Virus record (IMG/VR): IMGVR_UViG_2663762839_000007 | Span: 1 to 10,248 of that record | DNA from: a virus | Taxonomy: Duplodnaviria; Heunggongvirae; Uroviricota; Caudoviricetes | Length of the DNA: 10,248 bases | Direction: 5' to 3' (one strand) | Shown here: positions 1 through 8,547 of the stretch, piece after piece | Position numbering within the stretch: position 1 is the first letter of the stretch | Layout of the letters: each line of letters begins with the position of its first letter | The notes under the pieces: generated by a model | What the model saw: the letters and a program-made list of their open reading frames with translations, nothing else | Databases searched by the model: none | Told to the model about the DNA's origin: nothing | Translations under genes and position numbers: made by a program

Positions 1-1
1 C

Positions 2-280
2 CAGCATATCGTCTGGTTCCCGCCAGTGAGCATTAATCTCCTGCTTACTATTTTGCTCGCGGTCGTTGCCGGTACAGTGGGATGCTTGCTGCGTCTTCCT
101 TCCAGCACGATGCTCATCCCGATGCTGGCGGGCGCAGTGCTCCAGTCTGGTCAGCTCATCACCATCGAACTACCGGAATGGCTGCTGGCGATGGCGTATA
201 TGGCAATTGGCTGGCGGATTGGTCTTGGTTTCGATACTATGATCATGTATAGTTGGTTGTCGTTTTGCCATGTGGTTTAG
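2..280 (+). CDS. AbrB-family (PF05145-like) membrane protein, partial: reading frame is open from the window start, so the 5' end lies outside the window; the last ~15 codons are AT-rich and probably not native
   Basis: Hydrophobic translation with the AbrB-repeat pattern LP...ML.GA.L...LPEWLL.A...IGW.IG.GF; host-like GC and codon use up to about position 235, then an abrupt AT-rich stretch before the stop at 278-280. Family assignment is from recalled motif pattern, not a search. Confidence 0.5.
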   Translation, partial: QHIVWFPPVSINLLLTILLAVVAGTVGCLLRLPSSTMLIPMLAGAVLQSGQLITIELPEWLLAMAYMAIGWRIGLGFDTMIMYSWLSFCHVV

Positions 281-291
281 AAGGTGATTGA

Positions 292-1446
292 TTGTGTGTC
301 GATCCTTACCTATCATTGGTTTTATTCCAAAATCGAATAATTGGTGCTAAAGAAGTGAACAAAATTTCAGCGGTGAGCTTATTTACTGGGGCAGGAGGGA
401 TGGATGTCGGTTTCTCTAATGCCGGGTTCCGAACAGTTTGGGCCAATGATATAGATAAGGATGCATGTGATACATTTAAGCTTAATCATGAATCACCTGT
501 TTTTTGTGGTGATATTGATGAGATGCTAAGTGAATTGTCTGGGCTGAAAAATATAGGTTGTGTTTTTGGTGGGCCTCCATGCCAAGGATTTTCTGTGGCA
601 GGGAAAATGGACGCTCATGATCCACGTAGTAAGCTGGTTATGTCATTCATGCGGGCGGTGGATATAATTCAACCAGAATGCTTTGTTATGGAGAATGTTA
701 AGGCTTTAGCACAGTTGTCCAAATTTGAACCAGTTAGGTGTGAACTGTTTAAGATGGCTGAAAAGTCAGGCTATCGTTCAGCCTTGCTGGTGCTGAATTC
801 TAAAGATTTTGGCGTTCCTCAGAATAGGGAACGTATGTTTTTTATAGGGTTTCGTTCCGAAAATGATGTGAAACGAGTTGAGGCGGCGATAAAAAAATAC
901 CAATATCTTTCGCCAACAGTTGGTGAGATTATTCGGCCTTTAGGGCGAGCGGGTAATCCAAATAATTCAAGAGTCTGTAATGCAAGGATTACAAATGCTG
1001 CTAAGCCAGTATTACGGAAGTCACCTTACGCGGGAATGATGTTTAACGGGCAGGGAAGACCAATTAACCCGAATGGGTATGCTTCAACTATAGCTGCTTC
1101 TATGGGGGGGAATAGGACACCAATTATTGATGAAGAACACCTTTATGATGGCTCAACAAGTTATGTTGAGACTTATCATAATCATCTAATGAATGGTGGT
1201 GAGCCAAAAGATATGCACGATGTACCTAGTCGTTTACGTCGACTAACGATAGATGAGGCTCTTTTGATTCAAACATTCCCGAGTAATTATGTCTTTGTGG
1301 GGAAAAATTCGTCAATTTGGCGTCAGATAGGGAATGCTGTGCCTTGTAAATTGGCGCAGGCTGTTGCTGCAGGGGTTTTGGATGTCCTTACTGGTAAAAC
1401 TATTAATGTTCAAAAGAGTCAAACAGAGTTGAGTTTGAATTCGTAA
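292..1446 (+). CDS. DNA (cytosine-5)-methyltransferase, no adjacent restriction endonuclease (orphan); start uncertain (TTG 292 after AAGGTGA, or GTG 355 giving a typical short N-terminus before motif I)
   Basis: All canonical C5-MTase motifs are visible in order: motif I LFTGAGGMDVGF, motif IV GGPPCQGFS (catalytic Cys), motif VI ENVKAL, motif VIII QNRERMFFIGF, a variable target-recognition region, then motif X GNAVP. The gene is clearly more AT-rich than the flanking phage and host DNA. Confidence 0.9.
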   Translation: MCVDPYLSLVLFQNRIIGAKEVNKISAVSLFTGAGGMDVGFSNAGFRTVWANDIDKDACDTFKLNHESPVFCGDIDEMLSELSGLKNIGCVFGGPPCQGFSVAGKMDAHDPRSKLVMSFMRAVDIIQPECFVMENVKALAQLSKFEPVRCELFKMAEKSGYRSALLVLNSKDFGVPQNRERMFFIGFRSENDVKRVEAAIKKYQYLSPTVGEIIRPLGRAGNPNNSRVCNARITNAAKPVLRKSPYAGMMFNGQGRPINPNGYASTIAASMGGNRTPIIDEEHLYDGSTSYVETYHNHLMNGGEPKDMHDVPSRLRRLTIDEALLIQTFPSNYVFVGKNSSIWRQIGNAVPCKLAQAVAAGVLDVLTGKTINVQKSQTELSLNS

Positions 1447-1602
1447 AACGGATCACATTTTCAAACCGATGGATGCAGAATTTAACATTGCTGCATGAGT
1501 TTGCATCTTGAAATCATAAGCTGTACTGCTTAGCTTGACCAGAATTGATGTGGGTAAGAAGTGGTTATGCACCCGCATTAAAACCGCCCCATTAAGCGGG
1601 CG

Positions 1603-1621
1603 GGCGAGGCGGGGAAAGCAC
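1603..1621. other. P2-type cos site (19-nt cohesive-end sequence GGCGAGGCGGGGAAAGCAC)
   Basis: Exact 19-mer that I recall as the P2 cohesive end, located just beyond the 3' end of the portal gene Q, as in P2. Recognition is from memory and needs alignment to confirm. Confidence 0.55.
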
Positions 1622-1763
1622 TGCGCGCTGGCGGTGGTGCTGATTTTATTTTTTCAGCGTCTGAGCGCGTCTTGATGGCGTTTAGATTGTGCACCGGGGC
1701 GTTGGTGTGTCTGCGGGCTGTTTTGTGCGGTGGTGAGTGTGTGAGGGCGTGATGACGGGGTGT

Positions 1764-1785
1764 AAAAAAGCCGCCCGCAGGCGGC
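1764..1785 (-). terminator. Rho-independent terminator after the P-Q operon
   Basis: On the minus strand, GCCGCC-TGCG-GGCGGC hairpin followed by TTTTTT, immediately downstream of the Q stop. Confidence 0.6.
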
Positions 1786-1790
1786 GATGT

Positions 1791-2825
1791 TCAGCCGTTG
1801 TCAGTGTCCAGTGAGTAGTTTTTAAAGCGGATGACCTCCTGACCGAGCCAGCCGTTTATCTCGCGGATCCTGTCCTGTAACGGGATAAGCTCATTGCGGA
1901 CAAAGACCTTTGCCACTTTCTCAATATCGCCCAGTGACCCGACGTTCTCCGGCTTGCCGCCCATCAACTGAAAGGGGATGCGGTGCGCGTCCAGCAGGTC
2001 AGCGGCGCTGGCTTTTTTGATATTAAAAAAATCGTCCTTCGTTGCCACTTCACTGAGCGGGATAATTTTGATGCCGTCGGCTTTCCCCTGTGGGGCATAG
2101 AGAAACAGATTTTTAAAGTTGTTGCGGCCTTTCGACTTCACCATGTTTTCGCGGAGCATTTCGATATCGTTGCGATCCTGCACGGCATCGGTGACGTACA
2201 TGATGTATCCGGCATGAGCGCCGTTTTCGTAATACTTGCGGCGGAACAGCGTGGCCGACTCATTCAGCCAGGCAGAGTTAAGGGCGCTGAGATATTCCGG
2301 CAGGCCGTACAGCTCCTGATTAATATCCGGCTCCAGCAGGTGAAACACGGAGCCGGGTGCGAAGGCTGTCGGCTCGTTGAAGGACGGCACCCACCAGTAA
2401 ACATCCTCTTCCACACCACGGCGGGTATATTTTGCCGGTGAGGTTTCCAGTCTGATGACCTTACCGGTGGTGCTGTAACGCTTTTCCAGAAATGCATTAC
2501 CGAATACCAGAAAATCCAGCACAAAGCGGCTGAAATCCTGTTGCGAAAGCCACGGATGCGGGATAAATGTCGAGGCCAGAATATTACGTTTGACGTAAAT
2601 CGGTGAGCTGTGATGCACGGCAGCACGCAGGCTTTTTGCCAGACCGGTAAAGCTGACCGGTGGCTCATACCATCTGCCGTTACTGATGCACTCGACGTAA
2701 TCCAGAATGTCACGGCGGTCGAGTACCGGCACCGGCTCACCAAAGGTGAATGCCTCCATTTTCGGGGCGCTGGCGGTCATTTTTTTTGCCGCAGGTTGCG
2801 GTGTTTTCCCTTTTTTCTTGCTCAT
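1791..2825 (-). CDS. Q: Portal vertex protein (P2 gpQ-like)
   Basis: 344-aa ORF matching the P2 gpQ sequence and length as recalled; its ATG overlaps the P stop (ATGA), indicating translational coupling. Confidence 0.92.
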   Translation of the reverse strand: MSKKKGKTPQPAAKKMTASAPKMEAFTFGEPVPVLDRRDILDYVECISNGRWYEPPVSFTGLAKSLRAAVHHSSPIYVKRNILASTFIPHPWLSQQDFSRFVLDFLVFGNAFLEKRYSTTGKVIRLETSPAKYTRRGVEEDVYWWVPSFNEPTAFAPGSVFHLLEPDINQELYGLPEYLSALNSAWLNESATLFRRKYYENGAHAGYIMYVTDAVQDRNDIEMLRENMVKSKGRNNFKNLFLYAPQGKADGIKIIPLSEVATKDDFFNIKKASAADLLDAHRIPFQLMGGKPENVGSLGDIEKVAKVFVRNELIPLQDRIREINGWLGQEVIRFKNYSLDTDNG

Positions 2826-4597
2826 CAGTAAAACTCCAGAATGGTGGATGTCAGCGGGGTGCTGATACCGGCGGTGAGTGGCTCATTTAACAGGGCGTGC
2901 ATGGTCGCCCAGGCGAGATCGGCGTGGCTGGCTTCCTCGCTGCGGCTGGCCTCATAGGTGGCGCTGCGTCCGCTGCTGGTCATGGTCTTGCGGATAGCCA
3001 TAAACGAGCTGGTGATGTCGGTGGCGCTGACGTCATATTCCAGACAGCCACGGCGAATAACGTCTTTTGCCTTGAGCACCATTGCGGTTTTCATTTCCGG
3101 CGTGTAGCGGATATCTCGCGCGGCGGGATAGAACGAGCGCACGAGCTGGAACACGCCGACACCGAGGCCGGTGGCATCAATACCGATGTATTCGACGTTG
3201 TATTTTTCGGTGAGTTTGCGGATGGATTCCGCCTGAGTGGCAAAGTCCATGCCTTTCCACTGGTGACGCTCAAGTATTCTGAATTTGCCACCGGCCACCA
3301 CCGGCGGTGCCAGCACCACGCATCCGGCGCTGTCGCCACGGTGTGACGGGTCGTAACCAATCCATACCGGGCGGGAGCCGAACGGATTCGCGGCAAACGG
3401 CGCATAGTCTTCCCATTCTTCCAGCGTGTCGACCATGCAGCGTTGCAGCTCCTCGAACGGGAACACCGACGCCTTGTCGTCAACAAATTCACACATGAAC
3501 AGGTTTTTAAAATCGTCGGCGCTGTTTTCACGTTTGAGCTGCTCAATGTCGAACAGTGTGCAGCCACCTTTCAGGGCATCCTCAATGGTGACAATCTGCC
3601 GCCACTGGCCGTCCGCACAGAGAAGACCTCCGGCAAGGGCGTTATGACTGACGTCGATTTCCACACGTTCGGCGGCGCTGGCGCGTCCCCGGTTGAACAG
3701 TTCACCCGACCAGAACGGGTAGGCGTCGTGCGCCAGCGTGGACGGGGTGGAGAAATAGGTCGAGCGCAGGTGACTCTGTGAGGCCATACCTGATGCCACC
3801 TTACGCAGTACCTGAAAATTCGGGATCCAGAAAATCTCGTCGACGTACAGGTCGCCGTTATGGCTCTGCGCGGTGTTGGAGTTGGTGCCGAGAAAAATCA
3901 GTTTTGCGCCGTTATTGCCCAGGACAATCGGGTCACCGGTCAGGTCAACGTCAACCAGCCGGGCAAAGGCGATGATGTATTCGCGGAACACATACGCCTG
4001 CGTTTTACTGGCCGACAGAAAAATCTGGTTATGACCGGTTTTCAGGGCGCGCAGCAGCGCCTCGCGGGAAAAATAAAACGTCGCGCCAATCTGGCGGGAT
4101 TTCAGGATATCGCGGATGCGGTGCTCAAGCCCGGCACGATACCAGTGCAACTGATAGTCGAAAGACTGCTCAAAGAAAATCTGCTCCAGCTTTTCGATGG
4201 CCTCGTCACTGAAAAAATTCTTTTTCGGTTTGCGCCGCCCGCCTTTGTTGCGGTTAGCGACGTTCGGATTAAGGTCTGCCTCGTTGCCGGTCTGACTGTA
4301 ACGGTTTACCCGTGCCAGTCGTTCAATCTGGCGTCCGAGCAGGTCAATTTCCTTGAAGTCACCGCCGGTTTTCTGCGGTTTGATGATGAGCTGGGTCAGC
4401 CGCGCTTCCAGACTCATTTCGACACGGCTGATGGGGGCAACGCTGTCCCAGCCGTCGCGCTGTTTCCAGCTCTGCACCGTCGGGCGTTTCATCTGCAACA
4501 TGGCGGCAATCTGCGGCACGGAAAATCCCTGCCAGTACAGCAGCGCCGCCTGACGACGCGGGTCGTGTAAAAGAGTGGTGTCTGTGGTGATGGTCAT
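2825..4597 (-). CDS. P: Terminase large (ATPase) subunit (P2 gpP-like)
   Basis: The six-frame ORF starts at a TTG at 4627, but the ATG at 4597 is preceded by GAGG at a 5-nt spacing and gives MTITTDTTLL and a 590-aa product, matching P2 gpP as recalled. Confidence 0.92.
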   Translation of the reverse strand: MTITTDTTLLHDPRRQAALLYWQGFSVPQIAAMLQMKRPTVQSWKQRDGWDSVAPISRVEMSLEARLTQLIIKPQKTGGDFKEIDLLGRQIERLARVNRYSQTGNEADLNPNVANRNKGGRRKPKKNFFSDEAIEKLEQIFFEQSFDYQLHWYRAGLEHRIRDILKSRQIGATFYFSREALLRALKTGHNQIFLSASKTQAYVFREYIIAFARLVDVDLTGDPIVLGNNGAKLIFLGTNSNTAQSHNGDLYVDEIFWIPNFQVLRKVASGMASQSHLRSTYFSTPSTLAHDAYPFWSGELFNRGRASAAERVEIDVSHNALAGGLLCADGQWRQIVTIEDALKGGCTLFDIEQLKRENSADDFKNLFMCEFVDDKASVFPFEELQRCMVDTLEEWEDYAPFAANPFGSRPVWIGYDPSHRGDSAGCVVLAPPVVAGGKFRILERHQWKGMDFATQAESIRKLTEKYNVEYIGIDATGLGVGVFQLVRSFYPAARDIRYTPEMKTAMVLKAKDVIRRGCLEYDVSATDITSSFMAIRKTMTSSGRSATYEASRSEEASHADLAWATMHALLNEPLTAGISTPLTSTILEFY

Positions 4598-4770
4598 GAA
4601 TACCTCGCCGTGATGAATACACGGCAAGGCTACTGAGTCGCGCCCTGCGATTCGCTAAGGTGCTGTTGTGTCAGTGATAAGCCATCCGGGACTGATGGCG
4701 GAGGATGCGCATCGTCGGGAAACTGATGCCGACATGTGACTCCTCTAATCACTATTCAGGACTCCTGACA
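4598..4770. promoter_or_regulatory. Divergent late-promoter region between P (leftward) and O (rightward), equivalent to the Ogr-dependent P2 promoters
   Basis: Position between divergently transcribed late operons as in P2; contains a near-direct repeat ACTGATGGCG (4691-4700) and ACTGATGCCG (4722-4731). I could not find a clean TGT-N12-ACA Ogr-type dyad, so no individual site is called. Confidence 0.45.
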
Positions 4771-5625
4771 ATGGCAAAAAAAGTCTCAAAATTCTTTCGT
4801 ATCGGCGTTGAGGGTGACACCTGTGACGGGCGTGTCATCAGTGCGCAGGATATTCAGGAAATGGCCGAAACCTTTGACCCGCGTGTCTACGGTTGCCGCA
4901 TTAACCTGGAACATCTGCGCGGCATCCTGCCTGACGGTATTTTTAAGCGTTATGGCGATGTGGCCGAACTGAAGGCCGAAAAGATTGACGATGATTCGGC
5001 GCTGAAAGGCAAATGGGCGCTGTTTGCGAAAATCACCCCGACCGATGACCTTATCGCGATGAACAAGGCCGCGCAGAAGGTCTACACCTCAATGGAAATT
5101 CAGCCGAACTTTGCCAACACCGGCAAATGTTATCTGGTGGGGCTGGCCGTTACCGATGACCCGGCAAGCCTCGGTACGGAATACCTGGAATTCTGCCGCA
5201 CGGTAAAACACAACCCCCTGAACCGCTTCAAATTAAGCCCTGAAAACCTGATTTCAGTGGCAACGCCTGTTGAGCTGGAATTTGAAGACCTGCCTGAAAC
5301 CGTGTTCACCGCCCTGACCGAAAAGGTGAAATCCATTTTTGGCCGCAAACAGGCCAGCGATGACGCCCGTCTGAATGACGTGCATGAAGCGGTGACCGCT
5401 GTTGCTGAACATGTGCAGGAAAAACTGAGCGCCACTGAGCAGCGCCTCGCTGAGATGGAAACTGCCTTTTCCGCTCTTAAGCAGGAGGTGACTGACAGGG
5501 CGGATGAAACCAGCCAGGCATTCACCCGCCTGAAAAACAGCCTCGACCACACCGAAAGTCTGACCCAGCAGCGCCGCAGCAAGGCCACCGGCGGTGGCGG
5601 TGACGCGCTGATGACGAACTGCTGA
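4771..5625 (+). CDS. O: Capsid scaffolding protein (P2 gpO-like)
   Basis: The ORF track starts at 4705, but the ATG at 4771 gives MAKKVSKFFRIGVEGDTCDG and a 284-aa product, matching P2 gpO as recalled. Confidence 0.9.
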   Translation: MAKKVSKFFRIGVEGDTCDGRVISAQDIQEMAETFDPRVYGCRINLEHLRGILPDGIFKRYGDVAELKAEKIDDDSALKGKWALFAKITPTDDLIAMNKAAQKVYTSMEIQPNFANTGKCYLVGLAVTDDPASLGTEYLEFCRTVKHNPLNRFKLSPENLISVATPVELEFEDLPETVFTALTEKVKSIFGRKQASDDARLNDVHEAVTAVAEHVQEKLSATEQRLAEMETAFSALKQEVTDRADETSQAFTRLKNSLDHTESLTQQRRSKATGGGGDALMTNC

Positions 5626-5683
5626 CCGGCGTCAGTCAGTCCGGGAAAACCTTCACGATTAACCCTTAATTTCAGGAAAAACT

Positions 5684-6757
5684 ATGCGCCAGGAAACCCG
5701 CTTTAAATTTAATGCCTACCTGTCCCGTGTTGCCGAACTGAACGGCATCGACGCCGGTGATGTGTCGAAAAAATTCACCGTTGAACCGTCGGTCACCCAG
5801 ACCCTGATGAACACCATGCAGGAGTCCTCTGACTTTCTGACCCGCATCAACATTGTGCCGGTCAGCGAAATGAAAGGGGAAAAAATTGGCATCGGTGTCA
5901 CCGGCTCCATCGCCAGCACCACCGACACCGCCGGTGGCACCGAGCGTCAGCCGAAGGACTTCTCGAAGCTGGCGTCAAACAAGTACGAATGCGACCAGAT
6001 TAACTTCGATTTTTATATCCGCTACAAAACGCTGGACCTGTGGGCGCGTTATCAGGATTTCCAGCTCCGTGTCCGTAACGCCATTATCAAACGCCAGTCC
6101 CTTGATTTAATCATGGCCGGTTTTAACGGCGTGAGGCGTGCCGAAACCTCTGACCGCAGCAGCAATCCGATGCTGCAGGATGTGGCGGTCGGCTGGCTGC
6201 AGAAATACCGCAATGAAGCCCCGGCGCGCGTGATGAGCAAGGTCACTGACGAGGAAGGTCACACGACCTCTGAGGTTATCCGCGTGGGTAAGGGCGGTGA
6301 TTATGCCAGCCTTGACGCACTGGTGATGGATGCGACCAACAACCTGATTGAGCCGTGGTATCAGGAAGACCCTGACCTTGTGGTGATTGTGGGACGTCAG
6401 CTACTGGCGGACAAGTATTTTCCCATCGTCAACAAGGAGCAGGACAACAGCGAAATGCTGGCCGCTGACGTCATCATCAGCCAGAAACGCATCGGTAACC
6501 TGCCGGCGGTACGCGTCCCGTACTTCCCGGCGGATGCGATGCTCATCACGAAGCTGGAAAACCTGTCCATCTACTACATGGATGACAGCCATCGCCGCGT
6601 GATTGAGGAAAACCCGAAACTCGACCGCGTGGAGAACTACGAGTCAATGAACATTGATTACGTGGTGGAAGACTACGCCGCCGGTTGTCTGGTGGAAAAA
6701 ATTAAGGTCGGTGATTTCTCCACACCGGCTAAGGCGACCGCAGAGCCGGGAGCGTAA
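5684..6757 (+). CDS. N: Major capsid protein (P2 gpN-like)
   Basis: 357-aa ORF with an AGGAAA ribosome-binding site; sequence and length match P2 gpN as recalled. Confidence 0.92.
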   Translation: MRQETRFKFNAYLSRVAELNGIDAGDVSKKFTVEPSVTQTLMNTMQESSDFLTRINIVPVSEMKGEKIGIGVTGSIASTTDTAGGTERQPKDFSKLASNKYECDQINFDFYIRYKTLDLWARYQDFQLRVRNAIIKRQSLDLIMAGFNGVRRAETSDRSSNPMLQDVAVGWLQKYRNEAPARVMSKVTDEEGHTTSEVIRVGKGGDYASLDALVMDATNNLIEPWYQEDPDLVVIVGRQLLADKYFPIVNKEQDNSEMLAADVIISQKRIGNLPAVRVPYFPADAMLITKLENLSIYYMDDSHRRVIEENPKLDRVENYESMNIDYVVEDYAAGCLVEKIKVGDFSTPAKATAEPGA

Positions 6758-6760
6758 CCG

Positions 6761-7504
6761 ATGACGAGTCCCGCACAGCGCCACATGATGCGGGTCTCGG
6801 CAGCGATGACCGCGCAGCGGGAAGCCGCCCCGCTGCGACATGCAACTGTCTATGAGCAGATGCTGGTTAAGCTCGCCGCAGACCAGCGCACACTGAAAGC
6901 GATTTATTCAAAAGAGCTGAAGGCTGCGAAAAAACGCGAACTGCTGCCGTTCTGGTTGCCGTGGGTGAACGGTGTGCTTGAGCAGGGCAAAGGTGCACAG
7001 GATGACATTCTGATGACGGTCATGCTGTGGCGTCTGGATACCGGCGATATTGCCGGTGCGCTGGAGATTGCCCGTTATGCCCTGAAGTACGGTCTGACCA
7101 TGCCGGGTAAACACCGTCGCACCCCGCCGTACATGTTCACCGAGGAGGTGGCGCTCGCGGCCATGCGCGCCCACGCTGCCGGTGAGTCTGTGGATCCCCG
7201 CCTGCTGACGGACACCCTCGAACTGACCGCCACGGCTGACATGCCTGATGAAGTGCGCGCAAAGCTGCACAAAATCACCGGTCTGTTTCTGCGTGACGCT
7301 GGTGATGCCGCAGGGGCGCTGGCGCACCTGCAACGTGCGACACAGCTCGACTGTCAGGCAGGCGTCAAAAAAGAGATTGAACGACTGGAGCGGGAGCTGA
7401 AACCGAAGCCGGAGCCGCAGCCCAAAGCGGCCACCCGCGCCCCGCGTAAGACCCGGAGCGTGACACCGGCAAAACGTGGACGCCCGAAAAAGAAAGCCAG
7501 TTAA
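6761..7504 (+). CDS. M: Terminase small (endonuclease) subunit (P2 gpM-like)
   Basis: 247-aa ORF starting 3 nt after the N stop, with a basic C-terminal tail; matches P2 gpM as recalled. Confidence 0.9.
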   Translation: MTSPAQRHMMRVSAAMTAQREAAPLRHATVYEQMLVKLAADQRTLKAIYSKELKAAKKRELLPFWLPWVNGVLEQGKGAQDDILMTVMLWRLDTGDIAGALEIARYALKYGLTMPGKHRRTPPYMFTEEVALAAMRAHAAGESVDPRLLTDTLELTATADMPDEVRAKLHKITGLFLRDAGDAAGALAHLQRATQLDCQAGVKKEIERLERELKPKPEPQPKAATRAPRKTRSVTPAKRGRPKKKAS

Positions 7505-7603
7505 CAACCGAATGCGCCCCGCGCCAGGGCGGCACGCCGGTCAGTGAGGGTGAATCACCTGACACTGCACCGGCGTCCACCGCCCGACTTTTCAGAGGTA
7601 GTC

Positions 7604-8113
7604 ATGATGACGCTGATTATTCCGCGAAAGGAGGCTCCCGTGTCCGGTGAGGGTACGGTGGTCATCCCGCAACCGGCAGGCGACGAGCCGGTGATTAAAA
7701 ACACGTTCTTTTTTCCCGATATCGACCCGAAGCGCGTCCGGGAACGTATGCGCCTTGAGCAGACCGTCGCCCCCGCCCGTCTGCGTGAGGCCATCAAGTC
7801 AGGCATGGCTGAAACGAATGCGGAGCTGTACGAGTACCGCGAACAGAAAATTGCCGCCGGTTTTACGCGTCTGGCTGACGTCCCGGCGGACGACATCGAC
7901 GGTGAAAGCATCAAAGTTTTTTACTACGAGCGCGCCGTGTGTGCGATGGCGACCGCGTCGCTTTATGAGCGTTATCGCGGCGTGGATGCCAGTGCGAAAG
8001 GCGACAAGAAGGCCGACAGCATTGACAGCACCATTGATGAGCTGTGGCGGGATATGCGCTGGGCAGTGGCGCGCATCCAGGACAAGCCACGCTGCATCGT
8101 GAGTCAAATCTGA
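7604..8113 (+). CDS. L: Head completion/stabilisation protein (P2 gpL-like)
   Basis: The ATG at 7604 is preceded by GAGG and gives MMTLIIPRKEAP and 169 aa, the P2 gpL length as recalled; the longer ORF from 7544 has no ribosome-binding site. Confidence 0.88.
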   Translation: MMTLIIPRKEAPVSGEGTVVIPQPAGDEPVIKNTFFFPDIDPKRVRERMRLEQTVAPARLREAIKSGMAETNAELYEYREQKIAAGFTRLADVPADDIDGESIKVFYYERAVCAMATASLYERYRGVDASAKGDKKADSIDSTIDELWRDMRWAVARIQDKPRCIVSQI

Positions 8114-8316
8114 TGAAGACCTTTGCGCTACAGGGCGACACGCTCGACGCCATTTGTGTCCGGTATTACGGGCGCACTGAGGGCGTGGTCGAAGCCGTGC
8201 TCGCCGCAAATCCGGGACTGGCTGAACTGGGCGCGGTGCTGCCGCACGGCACCGCCGTCGAACTGCCCGACGTTCAGACCGCGCCCGTGGCTGAAACTGT
8301 CAATCTGTGGGAGTAA
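8113..8316 (+). CDS. X: Tail protein X (P2 gpX-like)
   Basis: 67-aa product MKTFALQGDTLDAIC...; its ATG overlaps the L stop (ATGA), as in P2. Confidence 0.85.
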   Translation: MKTFALQGDTLDAICVRYYGRTEGVVEAVLAANPGLAELGAVLPHGTAVELPDVQTAPVAETVNLWE

Positions 8317-8319
8317 CGC

Positions 8320-8547
8320 ATGACAGCAGAAGAAAAAAGCGTCCTGTCGCTTTTCATGATTGGGGTGCTGATTGTTGTCGGCAAGGTGCTTGCCGGTGGT
8401 GAACCCATCACCCCGCGTCTGTTTATCGGGCGCATGTTGCTCGGTGGTTTTGTCTCGATGGTTGCCGGTGTTGTTCTGGTGCAGTTTCCTGACCTGTCAT
8501 TGCCTGCGGTGTGCGGCATCGGCTCCATGCTGGGTATCGCCGGTTAA
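8320..8547 (+). CDS. Y: Holin (P2 gpY-like), probably C-terminally truncated
   Basis: 75-aa product with three hydrophobic segments; the ORF stops inside the third segment with no charged C-terminal tail. I recall P2 gpY as about 93 aa. The stop is followed directly by the ribosome-binding site and start of U. Confidence 0.6.
   Translation: MTAEEKSVLSLFMIGVLIVVGKVLAGGEPITPRLFIGRMLLGGFVSMVAGVVLVQFPDLSLPAVCGIGSMLGIAG

Noticed and set aside
26-280. ORF 26-280 as a complete 84-aa small membrane protein.
   Set aside because: The frame is open from the window start with no ribosome-binding site before Met26; it is an internal fragment of a longer AbrB-family gene.
1447-1602. A restriction endonuclease, controller or Vsr partner for the methyltransferase, and a strong terminator after it.
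   Set aside because: There is no ORF of useful size on either strand between the methyltransferase and cos or in the 60 bp upstream; the ATGCAG/CTGCAT inverted repeat after the stop lacks a following T-run, so only a weak hairpin is present.
4598-4770. Longer N-terminal versions of P (TTG at 4627), O (ATG at 4705) and L (ATG at 7544) offered by the ORF track.
   Set aside because: The downstream ATGs at 4597, 4771 and 7604 have ribosome-binding sites and give the protein lengths and N-termini recalled for P2 gpP, gpO and gpL.
1983-8209. Numerous 60-236 aa ORFs on the opposite strand or in alternative frames inside the phage structural genes (for example 1983-2441, 2264-2743, 3860-4570, 5130-5588, 6908-7507, 7799-8209).
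   Set aside because: They lie entirely within well-supported P2-like genes, lack ribosome-binding sites, and have low-complexity Arg/Ala/Ser-rich translations typical of shadow frames in GC-rich coding DNA.
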